NCBI GenBank assembly: GCA_964489065.1
Contig: CAZAXH010000004.1
Coordinates: 150,304 to 214,303 of the forward strand
DNA from: an uncultured Planctomycetales bacterium
Lineage (GTDB): Bacteria; Omnitrophota; Gorgyraeia; Zapsychrales; JANLHA01
Direction: 5' to 3'
DNA: 64,000 nucleotides
Positions within the stretch are counted from its first letter, which is position 1, and every line of letters starts with the position of its first letter. The notes below the pieces were generated by a model that saw only the letters and a program-made list of their open reading frames with translations, had not been told where the DNA came from and did not search any database. The position numbers and the translations under genes were made by a program. Positions 27,159 through 37,200 of this stretch are shown in pieces.

Positions 27159-29417
27159 TCACGCCGGAACCGGCGCTCCTTCGGTCACGCTTTGAATCGC
27201 TTCATAGGTCGCCCCCAAAAGCTGATCCATTTCACTGCGGCCCACAGACAAAGGCGGCATGAGAACAATCACATCCCCCAGCGGCCGCAAGATCACGCCT
27301 CTCGACCGGACTTCCTGGCACACCCGGATCCCGACTTTCTCCTTACAGTCATAAGAAGTCTTCGAAGCCTTGTCCGCGACAAGCTCTATCCCGGCCATAA
27401 AACCCTTCTGCCGGATATCCCCGACGTGAGAAAGGCCGGCGAACCGCTGCAGGGCCTTTGTCAGGTACTTAATTTTAGGCTGCAGTTTAAGCAGTGTTTG
27501 TTCTTTCTCAAAAATACTCAAATTCGCCAGCGCCGCGGCGCAGCCCAAGGGGTTCCCCGTATACGTGTGCCCGTGGAAAAACGTTTTCTGGGATTCGTAA
27601 TCATAACAAAACCCGTCAAACACGCGCTGGGTCGTCAATGTCGCCGCCAGCGGCAGCGTGCCGCCGGTCAGCCCTTTGGCGACGCAAAGGAAATCCGGGC
27701 TGACTTTTTCCTGCTCGCAGGCGAACATGGTGCCGGTTCGCCCGAACCCGGTCGCAACCTCGTCCGCGATCAACAATATATTATATTTGTGGCACAAATC
27801 CTGGATTTTCTTCAAAACCCCTTCCGGCCAGACAATCATCCCGGCCGCCGCCTGGACCAGGGGCTCCACGATAATAGCCGCGAGCTCATGCTGGCGATGT
27901 TTTAAAATTTCGGCCATCACCTGCAGGCATTCTTCCGTGTACTCCGGATAATGTTTTCCATCCGGCGCGCGGTAAAAATCGGGAAACGGTATTTCCAGCG
28001 TTTTAAAAACCATTTTCTCGTACACCTTGTGAAACAGCGCGATGCCTCCAACGCTGACGCTCCCGCAGGTGTCACCGTGATACGAACGGGCCAAATGCGC
28101 GATCAGGGTCTTGTGGTGTTTTCCCTTATTCTGCCAGTACTGATACGCCATTTTCATCGCCACCTCAACGGCCGTCGAACCGTTATCCGAGTAAAACACT
28201 TTCCGCAATCCTTGCGGCGCTATCTCGACCAGCTTCTTGGCGAGCGCGACCGCGGGCACATTGGATAACCCCAAAAACGTCGAGTGGCTCAGCCGGTTGG
28301 CCTGTTCTTTGATGGCCCGGGTTAAAACAGGATGACCGTGCCCGTGGACATTCACCCACAGGCTGGAAACGCCGTCGAGATATTTTCTCCCGGAAACATC
28401 CTCCAGATAGGACCCCTTCGCTTTATGAATCACCAGAGGGTCTTCTTTAAGCCAATCCTTCATTTGAGTAAAAGGATGCCAGACCGCCTGTTTATCCCAA
28501 GACCCCCAGGGCATAGGTCTCGCGTCCGGCGATTGACTTAACAGCGGCTTGATATTCACGATCCGCGAACACCGCTTCACGATTTCGTCCTGGTATTGTT
28601 CCGGTGAGGGTTGGCCCAAGTAAGGAATGACCCCCAAGACCGGAACCCGGCCCAGGCGGCGTACCGCCGCAGGGTTCGTCTTCTCGGCCGCCCCCTGTGG
28701 GGAGGACGCAGGCTCATTAAAAATAACACCGAGCACTTTAATCCCCATCTCTTCGGCCTGGCGCAGAGTCAACAGCGTGTGATTAATCGTTCCCAGCCCC
28801 AAGCGTGCCACCACCACGACATCCAAATCCATGTCTTTAATCAAATCGGCCATAAAATACGTGTCGGACAAGGGCACCATCAGCCCGCCGGCCCCTTCCA
28901 CCAAAGTCAGGTCGTGCTTTTCCTGAATCCGGCGGTATTTCTCCAAAACCGTCGCCGCGTTAAAACGGATCCTGTCCTGATGCATCGCGATATGCGGGGA
29001 AAGTTCCGCTCCGGCTTTAAAAGGATTGATATCCTGCCTGTCATCCTTGGGATCAAACATCTGGCACAAAATATCCGTATCCTGCCCGCCGCACTGCACG
29101 GGCTTCATCACCCCGATATCGAGCCCCCTTTTCTGCAACAACGTCCCCAGAACGCAAAGCGCAACTGTCTTTCCGGCGCCGGTGTCGGTTCCGGTTATAA
29201 AAATCCCCCTCCCTTTCGTCTCCACAGCCTGGGGCGCGGCCGGAGTTCCAGCCCTAGACCCGGAGCGACGCCTTGCGTGCCGGTGATCCCGCGGCGGATG
29301 AGCTTCCTGTTCTTCGGACACCTCTTCCGACATCATGTCAAGGATATCCATGGGGTTAATCGCATCCGCTTCGACTTCCTGTTTTGTCTTCTTGGGTAAA
29401 CGTCTTTCTCTTCTCAT
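27159..29417 (-). CDS. bioD-bioA: fused dethiobiotin synthetase (BioD) / adenosylmethionine-8-amino-7-oxononanoate aminotransferase (BioA) with ~70-aa basic low-complexity N-terminal extension
   Basis: BioD P-loop GIFITGTDTGAGKT, then a class III aminotransferase domain. The ATG overlaps the bioC stop as ATGA. Confidence 0.8.
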   Translation of the reverse strand: MRRERRLPKKTKQEVEADAINPMDILDMMSEEVSEEQEAHPPRDHRHARRRSGSRAGTPAAPQAVETKGRGIFITGTDTGAGKTVALCVLGTLLQKRGLDIGVMKPVQCGGQDTDILCQMFDPKDDRQDINPFKAGAELSPHIAMHQDRIRFNAATVLEKYRRIQEKHDLTLVEGAGGLMVPLSDTYFMADLIKDMDLDVVVVARLGLGTINHTLLTLRQAEEMGIKVLGVIFNEPASSPQGAAEKTNPAAVRRLGRVPVLGVIPYLGQPSPEQYQDEIVKRCSRIVNIKPLLSQSPDARPMPWGSWDKQAVWHPFTQMKDWLKEDPLVIHKAKGSYLEDVSGRKYLDGVSSLWVNVHGHGHPVLTRAIKEQANRLSHSTFLGLSNVPAVALAKKLVEIAPQGLRKVFYSDNGSTAVEVAMKMAYQYWQNKGKHHKTLIAHLARSYHGDTCGSVSVGGIALFHKVYEKMVFKTLEIPFPDFYRAPDGKHYPEYTEECLQVMAEILKHRQHELAAIIVEPLVQAAAGMIVWPEGVLKKIQDLCHKYNILLIADEVATGFGRTGTMFACEQEKVSPDFLCVAKGLTGGTLPLAATLTTQRVFDGFCYDYESQKTFFHGHTYTGNPLGCAAALANLSIFEKEQTLLKLQPKIKYLTKALQRFAGLSHVGDIRQKGFMAGIELVADKASKTSYDCKEKVGIRVCQEVRSRGVILRPLGDVIVLMPPLSVGRSEMDQLLGATYEAIQSVTEGAPVPA

Positions 29418-30205
29418 AATGATTTCCTCTTTCGGGCCACAATCTGCACAACCTCAAAGGTGGCCTGCACGCCATTGTGCCATTGAAAATTATAACGGTA
29501 ATACCGGTCAGCCTCTTCAAGCCACTGCCTACCGACAAAAACATCACTGTTCATCGCGTTAGCCCCGGTCGCTTTCAGCCACCGCAAAAGCGCCATCAGG
29601 CTCGTATAATGCTGACGGTTTTCCTGTCTGTTTTTATGTTCTATACTAAATCCTTTTGCTTCCAGGGCCTGAAAAACTTCTGTTTCCCGGGGAAGGCGGG
29701 ACTCTGAGATCCGCCTCCGGCCGGCATGCTCCTGCGCGGTCTCGCCCAAAGACCGGTACAATTCCCATAACGTTTTTTGCGTGAAGACCGTTAAAAGAAA
29801 CGGCCCATCCGCTTTTAAAACCCGATTGATCTGCTCAAACGCCGTCGGCAAATCATTCACCCACTGGAAGGCCAGATTCGACACGACAGCGTCAAAGCCG
29901 CTACTCCTGAAGGGCAGCCGCATCGCGTCGGCCTGCACCGTGTGAATCCGCCGGTGCCGACTCCGGGCAAAAGCCGCCATTCCGAAAGCCAGGTCCACGC
30001 CCACAACCAGAAGGCGGGGCCGCCAGCGTTTCAGTTCAGCGGCCATCCGTCCGGTTCCCATACCCACGTCGAGTACGGCTCCCTCCTCCGGAAGCCGTCC
30101 GGCCTCCGTCAGGAGTGCCCGTCCGATCTGTCTCTGTAACAGAGCGTTTCGATCATACCGGTTGGCCGACCCGGAAAAAGCCCGCTGAACTCTCCGCTGA
30201 ATCAT
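29414..30205 (-). CDS. bioC: malonyl-ACP O-methyltransferase BioC
   Basis: SAM-methyltransferase fold, start MIQRRVQRAFSGSANRYDRNALLQRQIGRAL as in BioC. Sits in the bio operon. Confidence 0.75.
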   Translation of the reverse strand: MIQRRVQRAFSGSANRYDRNALLQRQIGRALLTEAGRLPEEGAVLDVGMGTGRMAAELKRWRPRLLVVGVDLAFGMAAFARSRHRRIHTVQADAMRLPFRSSGFDAVVSNLAFQWVNDLPTAFEQINRVLKADGPFLLTVFTQKTLWELYRSLGETAQEHAGRRRISESRLPRETEVFQALEAKGFSIEHKNRQENRQHYTSLMALLRWLKATGANAMNSDVFVGRQWLEEADRYYRYNFQWHNGVQATFEVVQIVARKRKSL

Positions 30206-31044
30206 ACAACCTCCTCCGCCGATGCGCGCCCGTCATGGCCGCCGTCCACCGTCTCCAGAAACTCCCGGAGCTTGCCATTGAATTCATACGGCTTCGTCAA
30301 AAACGGAAAATGCCCGCAGTCCTGGACCCAGTCCAACGTCACGACCGGATGATCCTTCTGCATCTGCTCAAAAACAGGACGGGGGCAGATATAATCCTCG
30401 GTTCCGTTGATCATGTGGACCGGAACCCGGCAGCGCGCCAAGACTTCCCGCAGGTCCGCCGCGGCCAGAATATCGAGGAATTCCGACAGCGCCTCCCGGT
30501 CCGGCGACTCCTCCCGACGGCGGAAAGTCTGAATCCATTTATACCGGCGGCTGTTCCGCTCCGACTGCGTGAAAAGGGAGCGAAAAAATATCCTCACGAT
30601 CGCCGGATACTCCGTCCGCAGCTGCTCTTTCAGTTTCAGCACGCGGGCGGGCGTGAGGCCGTAAGGGGCCCCCTCGTTTTGCACGAACTTCGGCAAGGAC
30701 CCGGTGAAAACCAGCGCGCGGATACGGGACGATTCATGCGCCGCCAACTGCCAGGCTAACAATCCGCCGAGAGAGCTCGATACAACCCGCCAGCCTCCGT
30801 TGTCCCGCAGAAACAGCTCATGAATATCCTCCGCCATCTCCGCCAGAGACACCGGCCGCCAGGCGCTGTGCCCGTGCCCGGGAAGATCCAGGGCAACGGC
30901 CCGGTAATCGCCGCAGAAAACCTTAAACTGCTGGCGCCATATTCTCCGGTCAACGCTCCAGCCGTGCAGAAAAAGCAGGCCCGGGCCTTCCCCTTCCTCA
31001 TCGTAATGCCAGCGCAGGCCGCGGCGTGACGTTAAATAAGGCAT
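30202..31044 (-). CDS. bioH: pimeloyl-ACP methyl ester esterase (alpha/beta hydrolase, BioH-type)
   Basis: HGWSVD nucleophile-elbow context. The ATG at 31044 (MPYLTSR) overlaps the end of bioF. The track start at 31176 is a non-ATG extension. Confidence 0.65.
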   Translation of the reverse strand: MPYLTSRRGLRWHYDEEGEGPGLLFLHGWSVDRRIWRQQFKVFCGDYRAVALDLPGHGHSAWRPVSLAEMAEDIHELFLRDNGGWRVVSSSLGGLLAWQLAAHESSRIRALVFTGSLPKFVQNEGAPYGLTPARVLKLKEQLRTEYPAIVRIFFRSLFTQSERNSRRYKWIQTFRRREESPDREALSEFLDILAAADLREVLARCRVPVHMINGTEDYICPRPVFEQMQKDHPVVTLDWVQDCGHFPFLTKPYEFNGKLREFLETVDGGHDGRASAEEVV

Positions 31045-32210
31045 AATTCCTTCCCGATTGTTTTCATGCTCGTCAATAAACACGTCAAATCTTCCGGCGT
31101 GTGGCCGGCGGTCACCGTGACGCGCAACCGCGCGGTGTTCGCCGGCACAGTCGGCGGCCGGATCGCCGCGACCCAAAGGCCCTGTTCAAAAAGCTTCGCC
31201 GAAAACGCGGCCGCCCGCTTTTCGTCCCCGATCACAACAGGAATAATCGGACTCTGGGAACGCAACGTGTTAAAACCGGCGTCCCGTAACTCATCCCGGA
31301 CCTGCCGGGCGTTCCTCCACAGCGCTTCACGACGGCCGGGCTCGCTCTCGATAATCTCCAGGGCTTTCAACGACGCCGCCGCCACCGACGGCGGAAACGC
31401 CGTCGTGTAAATAAAGCTCCGTGCCCGGTTGATGATATAATCCATCATGAGCGCCGGCCCGCAGACATAAGCGCCGGCAGAGCCGAACGCCTTGGACAGG
31501 GTCCCCATCTGGAGAGCGATATCGCCGCCGCACCCGAAATGTTCCACCGCGCCCCGGCCGCCGACGCCGAAAACTCCGGCCGCGTGCGCCTCGTCCACCA
31601 TCACAACCGCCCCGCACTCTTTCGCCAGCTGCGCGATCCGATCCAGCGGCGACAGGTCCCCGTCCATACTAAAAACAGATTCGGTAATAATAACGGTTGT
31701 CCTGTATTTACCCCCGGCCTCCCGCAGCAGACGCTCCAACGCCGCCGTATCGCAGTGCGGGTAACGGCGGCACTCCGCCCGGCTCAACACGATCCCGTCG
31801 ATGATGGACGCGTGATTCAGGCGGTCCGAAAGGATCAGGTCATCCCGGCCGAACAAAGAAGAAATAATCCCGACGTTGGCCATGTACCCGCAGTTAAACA
31901 CAACACACCCTTCAGCGCCTTTAAAAGCGGCCAGGCGTTCTTCGAGCCGCCGGTGTTCGGACATGGTCCCGCAGACCAGGCGTGAAGCGCCCGCGCCGAA
32001 ACCCGACCGCTCAAACGACGCGGCCGCCGCCTCCCGCAGGCGGACATCCGCGGCCAGGCCCAAGTAATCGTTGGAACAAAAATTAATATAGTCCCTGCCG
32101 CCGACACTGACAACGCGTCCCTGCGCGCCGTCCAGCCCGCGCAAAGTCCGGTGAAGCCCCTTTTCTTCCAGGGCCTCCAGTTCCGCCTTCAGTCTCGCCT
32201 CAAAAACCAT
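31032..32210 (-). CDS. bioF: 8-amino-7-oxononanoate synthase BioF
   Basis: PLP-dependent acyltransferase family. N-terminus EARLKAELEALEEKGLHRTLRGLDG...NFCSNDYLGL is typical of BioF. Confidence 0.85.
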   Translation of the reverse strand: MVFEARLKAELEALEEKGLHRTLRGLDGAQGRVVSVGGRDYINFCSNDYLGLAADVRLREAAAASFERSGFGAGASRLVCGTMSEHRRLEERLAAFKGAEGCVVFNCGYMANVGIISSLFGRDDLILSDRLNHASIIDGIVLSRAECRRYPHCDTAALERLLREAGGKYRTTVIITESVFSMDGDLSPLDRIAQLAKECGAVVMVDEAHAAGVFGVGGRGAVEHFGCGGDIALQMGTLSKAFGSAGAYVCGPALMMDYIINRARSFIYTTAFPPSVAAASLKALEIIESEPGRREALWRNARQVRDELRDAGFNTLRSQSPIIPVVIGDEKRAAAFSAKLFEQGLWVAAIRPPTVPANTARLRVTVTAGHTPEDLTCLLTSMKTIGKELCLI

Positions 32211-32243
32211 ATCCCTTTGCTCCCGACCACCGCACCGTCCTGC

Positions 32244-33206
32244 TCAATCCAAAAATTCCACGTCCCCGGTCATCTTTTTGATTAAATCCCCGTCGGCGTT
32301 CAGCACAACCAGCCCGCCGTTATCCGACAGGTCCACCGCCCTGCCTTCCACCGCCTTATGATGCTCCGAGATGCGCACGCGGCGTCCGAGCGTCACGGAC
32401 AACTCCTTCCACCGCTCCAGGACCGGAGGAAAACGGCGCTCCAGAAGGCAATCATACCAGTATTCCATACGCCTTAAAACCGCCTGCAGGCATGCCACAC
32501 GGCTCACTTTACGGCCCAGCTCCGCTTTTAAAGAGGTCGCCTGCGGCGGCAAATGGGCTTTACCAGTATTAACGTTCAGGCCCAAGCCGACGACCACAAA
32601 ATGGACCCGGTCCACCTCCGCATTCATCTCTGTCAAAATCCCGGCCACTTTTTTCCTTTGTATTAAAATATCGTTCGGCCACTTGATGACTGCCTCAAGG
32701 CCCGTGGTCTGCCGGACAGCTTCACAGACGGCGATCGCCGCGGCGAACGTGATCCAGCTCACCTCCAGCGGCGAAAGCAACGGATACAAAATCATGGACG
32801 CGTAAATCCCCTTGCCTTTGGGGGAAAGCCAAGCCCGGCCCATCCGCCCCCGGCCTTGGCTTTGGGTTTCCGCGCAGACCAGGGCACCTTCCCGACAGTG
32901 ATACCCCTCGGCCAGCCGGAACGCCTCGTCCATGGTGGACGTCAGGGTTTCATAACAGAACACCTCCTGCCCCAGAAACCGCGTACCCAGCCCCGGGCGT
33001 ATTTCCCAGGGGAGCAGCTTGTCCGGGGCTGACTTCAGATGATATCCTCGGCGGGGAACCGCTTTGATCCGGTAACCGGCATCCCTCAACTCATGGATAT
33101 ACTTCCAGACAGCGGCCCGGCTTATTTTCAGATGCTGGCTTAATTTCTGTCCGGACACAAAAGTAGTGTTGGATTTTAAATACTGGATGATTTCTTCCGG
33201 GATCAT
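32244..33206 (-). CDS. birA: bifunctional biotin-protein ligase / biotin operon repressor BirA
   Basis: N-terminal winged HTH (VSGQKLSQHLKISRAAVWKYIHELRDAGYRI) plus BPL catalytic domain. First gene of the operon. Confidence 0.85.
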   Translation of the reverse strand: MIPEEIIQYLKSNTTFVSGQKLSQHLKISRAAVWKYIHELRDAGYRIKAVPRRGYHLKSAPDKLLPWEIRPGLGTRFLGQEVFCYETLTSTMDEAFRLAEGYHCREGALVCAETQSQGRGRMGRAWLSPKGKGIYASMILYPLLSPLEVSWITFAAAIAVCEAVRQTTGLEAVIKWPNDILIQRKKVAGILTEMNAEVDRVHFVVVGLGLNVNTGKAHLPPQATSLKAELGRKVSRVACLQAVLRRMEYWYDCLLERRFPPVLERWKELSVTLGRRVRISEHHKAVEGRAVDLSDNGGLVVLNADGDLIKKMTGDVEFLD

Positions 33207-33265
33207 ATTCTGCGGCAGAGAAGCCCTTTCATAACACCACCAATATTAGCCTTATTTTTTTTAAA

Positions 33266-33295
33266 TGTCAACTTAATCCGCATTTTAAGTTTACA
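33266..33295. promoter_or_regulatory. BirA operator (bioO)
   Basis: TGTCAAC-N16-GTTTACA palindrome matching the TGTAAAC-N16-GTTTACA BirA box, 60-90 bp upstream of birA. Confidence 0.6.
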
Positions 33296-33354
33296 TTCAA
33301 CCCGGGCTGAAACGCACGCCCGCCAGGCGCCCGGGAAGTTACCAGAACGCTTCA

Positions 33355-33383
33355 TTGACAAAAGCACGGCTCAATGCTATATT
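33355..33383 (+). promoter_or_regulatory. sigma70-type promoter for tRNA-Ala
   Basis: TTGACA, 17 nt, TATATT, ending 15 nt before the tRNA 5' end. Confidence 0.55.
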
Positions 33384-33398
33384 GACAAAAAATTTAAC

Positions 33399-33474
<76 letters not shown>

Positions 33475-33494
33475 TTACGTAAGAATTCCGAAAA

Positions 33495-33890
33495 TTGAAA
33501 AGCTTTCGGGTTGTTTTATTTATCGGCATTATTGAAATTCTGATTGGCGGGGGGACACTCCTGGGAACGGTGTGGGCCGTGTTGCTGGGATCCAGCACCA
33601 AACCAAACAACGTTCTGTTCTTTGTTATTACGGCCGCTTTAACATCGTTTTCCATCGGCGTCGGCATTCTTCGGTTCAAAAAGCTGGCTTACCGGGCGTT
33701 GCTTTACTTCGCATCCGTGGTGCTCTTAAGCAAATTGCTGATTTTCTTGGGGATCATACATCTTAACGGCGCCCTGGAAACCGTGGTGCCGTCCCCGGTT
33801 AAAAACGGCATGTCCGTCTTCTATCACGGATTTGTCATTTATTCCCTGCTACAGAACGACATCAAAAAGATCTTTCACATTTGGCCGTAA
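33495..33890 (+). CDS. small membrane protein (131 aa, 4 TM) between two tRNA genes
   Basis: Clean ORF with hydrophobic helices. No family recognised. Confidence 0.5.
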   Translation: MKSFRVVLFIGIIEILIGGGTLLGTVWAVLLGSSTKPNNVLFFVITAALTSFSIGVGILRFKKLAYRALLYFASVVLLSKLLIFLGIIHLNGALETVVPSPVKNGMSVFYHGFVIYSLLQNDIKKIFHIWP

Positions 33891-33908
33891 GCATTTGCTA
33901 AACTTCCC

Positions 33909-33992
33909 GCTGGAGTGGCGGAATTGGCATACGCGCTGGTCTCAAAAACCAGTGAGGGCAACCTCATGAGGGTTCAACTCCCTCCTCCAGCA
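33909..33992 (+). tRNA. tRNA-Leu (anticodon CAA), type II with long variable arm, no encoded CCA
   Basis: Acceptor GCTGGAG/CTCCAGC, 3-bp D stem with 11-nt D loop, anticodon stem CTGGT/ACCAG with loop CT-CAA-AA, variable hairpin GTGAGG-gcaa-CCTCAT, T arm GAGGG-TTCAACT-CCCTC. Confidence 0.8.
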
Positions 33993-34073
33993 CTTAATTT
34001 TATATCCCCTCAACGACAATCTATTTCTTAATCTCCCCTACCGGGCCATTTTTGATTAAAACGGCCGCGCTTA

Positions 34074-34102
34074 TTGACAGAACCCGAATATTTAGGTATA
34101 TT
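34074..34102 (+). promoter_or_regulatory. sigma70-type promoter of the giant gene
   Basis: TTGACA, 17 nt, TATATT, about 95 nt upstream of the ATG at 34201. Confidence 0.5.
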
Positions 34103-34200
34103 TATTATAGCAATACTCACCCGTCCCTGTCTTACGCTTGGTGTCTTTTCATCAAACGCATTCCTTTTTTACATTTATTTTCAACTGATGAAAATTCTAT

Positions 34201-37200
34201 ATGACTATCTTTCATAAAAACAGGCCATTAGTCCGCAGGTGTTTTACGCTCAATCTGGCGCTTATTTTTTTCCTGACATCCCTGGGGGGTGTTTGTCCGG
34301 TTTCTGCACAGGAACTGCTTAAGACCAGCGTCGCGTTGCCCTCCCCGGGCACGATGGTTCTTCCCACCTCAGAATACACCCCGATGACCATCAAAGGCAT
34401 CACGATCTATCCGGACGACCCTTTTAAATTTGATTTCATCATGAACACCGGGAATTCCGGGCTGGAGGGCGAAGCGTTCAAGACTGAATCACGGCTTTTA
34501 ATCTCGTATTTTCTGGCGTCTTTAACGACCCCGGAAGAGGACATGTGGGTCAATTTGTCTCCAGAGGAGAAAAACCGGGTCATCCCGGAAAATCTCGGCT
34601 CCACCGGGTTGGGAGTCGACATGCTGGCCCAGGATTACCTTTTAAAACAATTGACGGCGTCGATGATCTATCCTGAAAATGACCTGGGCCGGGATTTCTG
34701 GGCAAGGATTTATAAAAAAGTCTATGCCCTCTACGGGCACATAAACGTCCCGATTAACACCTTTAATAAGGTGTGGATACTCCCGGATCAGGCGGAAGTC
34801 TATGAAAAAGGTGAAAACGCGTTTATCGTCACGCAGCATCTGAAAGTATTACTGGAAGAGGACTATAAAGTCTTTAAAAGCCATCTTGAGAACAAACAGC
34901 TGGGCATGGAGAACATCCGGGAAGAAGACGCGGTGGTCCTGCAGGACACCACCTCCGATATTGTCCGGGAGGTGCTTATCCCTGAAATAGAAAAAGAAGT
35001 CAACCACGGGAAAAATTTCGCGAGACTCCGGCAAATTTTCAGCGCCATGATCCTGGCCACCTGGTATAAAAAAACCCTGAAAGATTCGCTTCTGGGGCAG
35101 GTCTATGTTGATCAGGCGAAAACAAAAGGCGTGGATGTCGAGGATAAAGAGCTTAAACAAAGAATCTATAATCAATATATTGAAGCGTTCAAAAAAGGCG
35201 TCTTCAATTATATTAAGGAAGATTACGATCAGGTCGAGCGCAAAAGCGTTCCCAGGAAATATTTCTCCGGCGGTATTGACGTGCGTTCCAGCGCCATCAC
35301 GGAGAAAAATTTATCTGTGTTGTCCGGGCCGATTCAACAGCAGCCCCCTCGTGTCCGAGAGGCCTTTACGTCGCCTTTGGGCGAAAATCAGAAAGTGGCT
35401 GTCGGCCTAGTCCTGGCCGGGGCTGACCAGGATTTGTTAAACGCCTGGTTAGCAGAAAACGCCTCGTCCCCTATTGTCGAAGCCGTGGACACGACCCCGC
35501 CGGCTGGCGGATATGTCACGGCCGATCTGAACGCGCCTTTAGAAGTGGACGTGCGCATTCGGATTCAAAAGACGCCCGTGCCGTTGGATATCAATAATTT
35601 GATTGTCACGCTTCATACCGAACTGTTTACCGAAAAGGAAAAAAATTTTATAAGGCCGAACGAAGGAACCATCCCCTGGCGGGACATCGTGGTGCCTCCC
35701 GAGAAAATTACCCCGGCGACAGACAGCGCTGGCCGGATTATTCCCAACGTTTTTAACGCCAAGGTGGACATTGTCCCCACCCGGACCGGAGCATACGCGT
35801 TTAAAGTCAATGCCCGGACACGTCAGCAGGATCAGCCTGTTTGGGTGCAGGGAGAAAACACAACCGTCCAGGTGGACCTTCTGCCCACATGGCTTGACAA
35901 GAATCAGACGCACCCGATGTACGTTTTCCAGGATGATGTAAAGCTGCGGAACTTTCCTGCGAATTGGACGGGGCTTAATGCTTACCTTAAGCAGACCGCC
36001 GAAGAGACCGGGAAAAATTTCTTTATGATCTCGCCGTTTTTCCCGACCCAGGCGGAGAGCCCGTTTGCCCCGGTATCGGTCTACGCGCTCTCTCCGCGTT
36101 TGATCGATTGGCAGGCGGTGGAAGACCGGGGCGAGCATCCTTTTGAAAAATTCCGCGATTTCCGACACAATGCCTCGCAAGCCCGCCGGGAAGCGTTCGA
36201 GCGGTTCCGGCGCGGCAATCTCCCGATTCAGCAATACGCTGATTTGCTCCGGGAAAGGATCCAAAACCGCCGGGATGTGACTGTCTACGGGGTGAATTAT
36301 TCAGATTTCGCGTATCTCAATTCAGAAGAAATTTCGGAATATTTAATTTATGAACAGTTTGTCAACCTGGAACAGCTCTACGCCCTTTTAAAATACCAGC
36401 GGGAACAGGGGAATCATGTGGTCGGGGACCTGCCCTTTTTCCGATCTATCGTGGGAGTCGAAACCCGGTATGAACCGAATAATTTCGCCCATGACGGAGA
36501 CAACATAGATAACCCGGGTTTTATGGGGAATAAAAAGGTGCATGACCTGGCGGCCTGGGATGAAGTGGCGATCGACCAGCGCGTGCAGAACGGCGAGAAA
36601 GACCCGCGGATTCTCCCGTTCGAATATTGGAATAATCTTTTCCATAAGGTGTTCCTGGACCGCCGCACCCGGATTCACGGCTGGAGGATTGACGCTTTTC
36701 ATATGTACGGCCGGGGGTCATCCAAAGACAATGCCGCCAGGCTGATTTGGGGCACCTCCCTGTGGGAGGAATTCGCCCGTTATTTTCAAGCCCATGATTT
36801 GTTCCTCATGGCCGAACAGCTCGGCGGGGACGCCCATGCGTATTATCATTTTCAACGGCTGGGTCTCTTACAGAACGCCTTTATCCTGGACCTGAAGGCG
36901 AAAAAGCTGGACGCGTTTCTGTCCGACCTCGCCTGGATTTCCAGAGGACTGGCGGTCACCGTTGCCGACACGCATGACAGCGCCCGCTGGGCGGAAGAAT
37001 ATTTCCGTATGTTTGAAGAAGTCACGGGGCTCGCGATGACGAGGCCGGATGACCGGGCCGTCCAGGAAAAAATATTGAACTTGGCTGGGCCAATTTTCCT
37101 GGGACTTTTAATGCTCGGCCCCAAGTTGGAAACCGCCCTGCTCAGCCTTGGGGAACACGCGACCCAGGCTCCCATCAAAAGGGAGTTCCGGGATGAGAAG

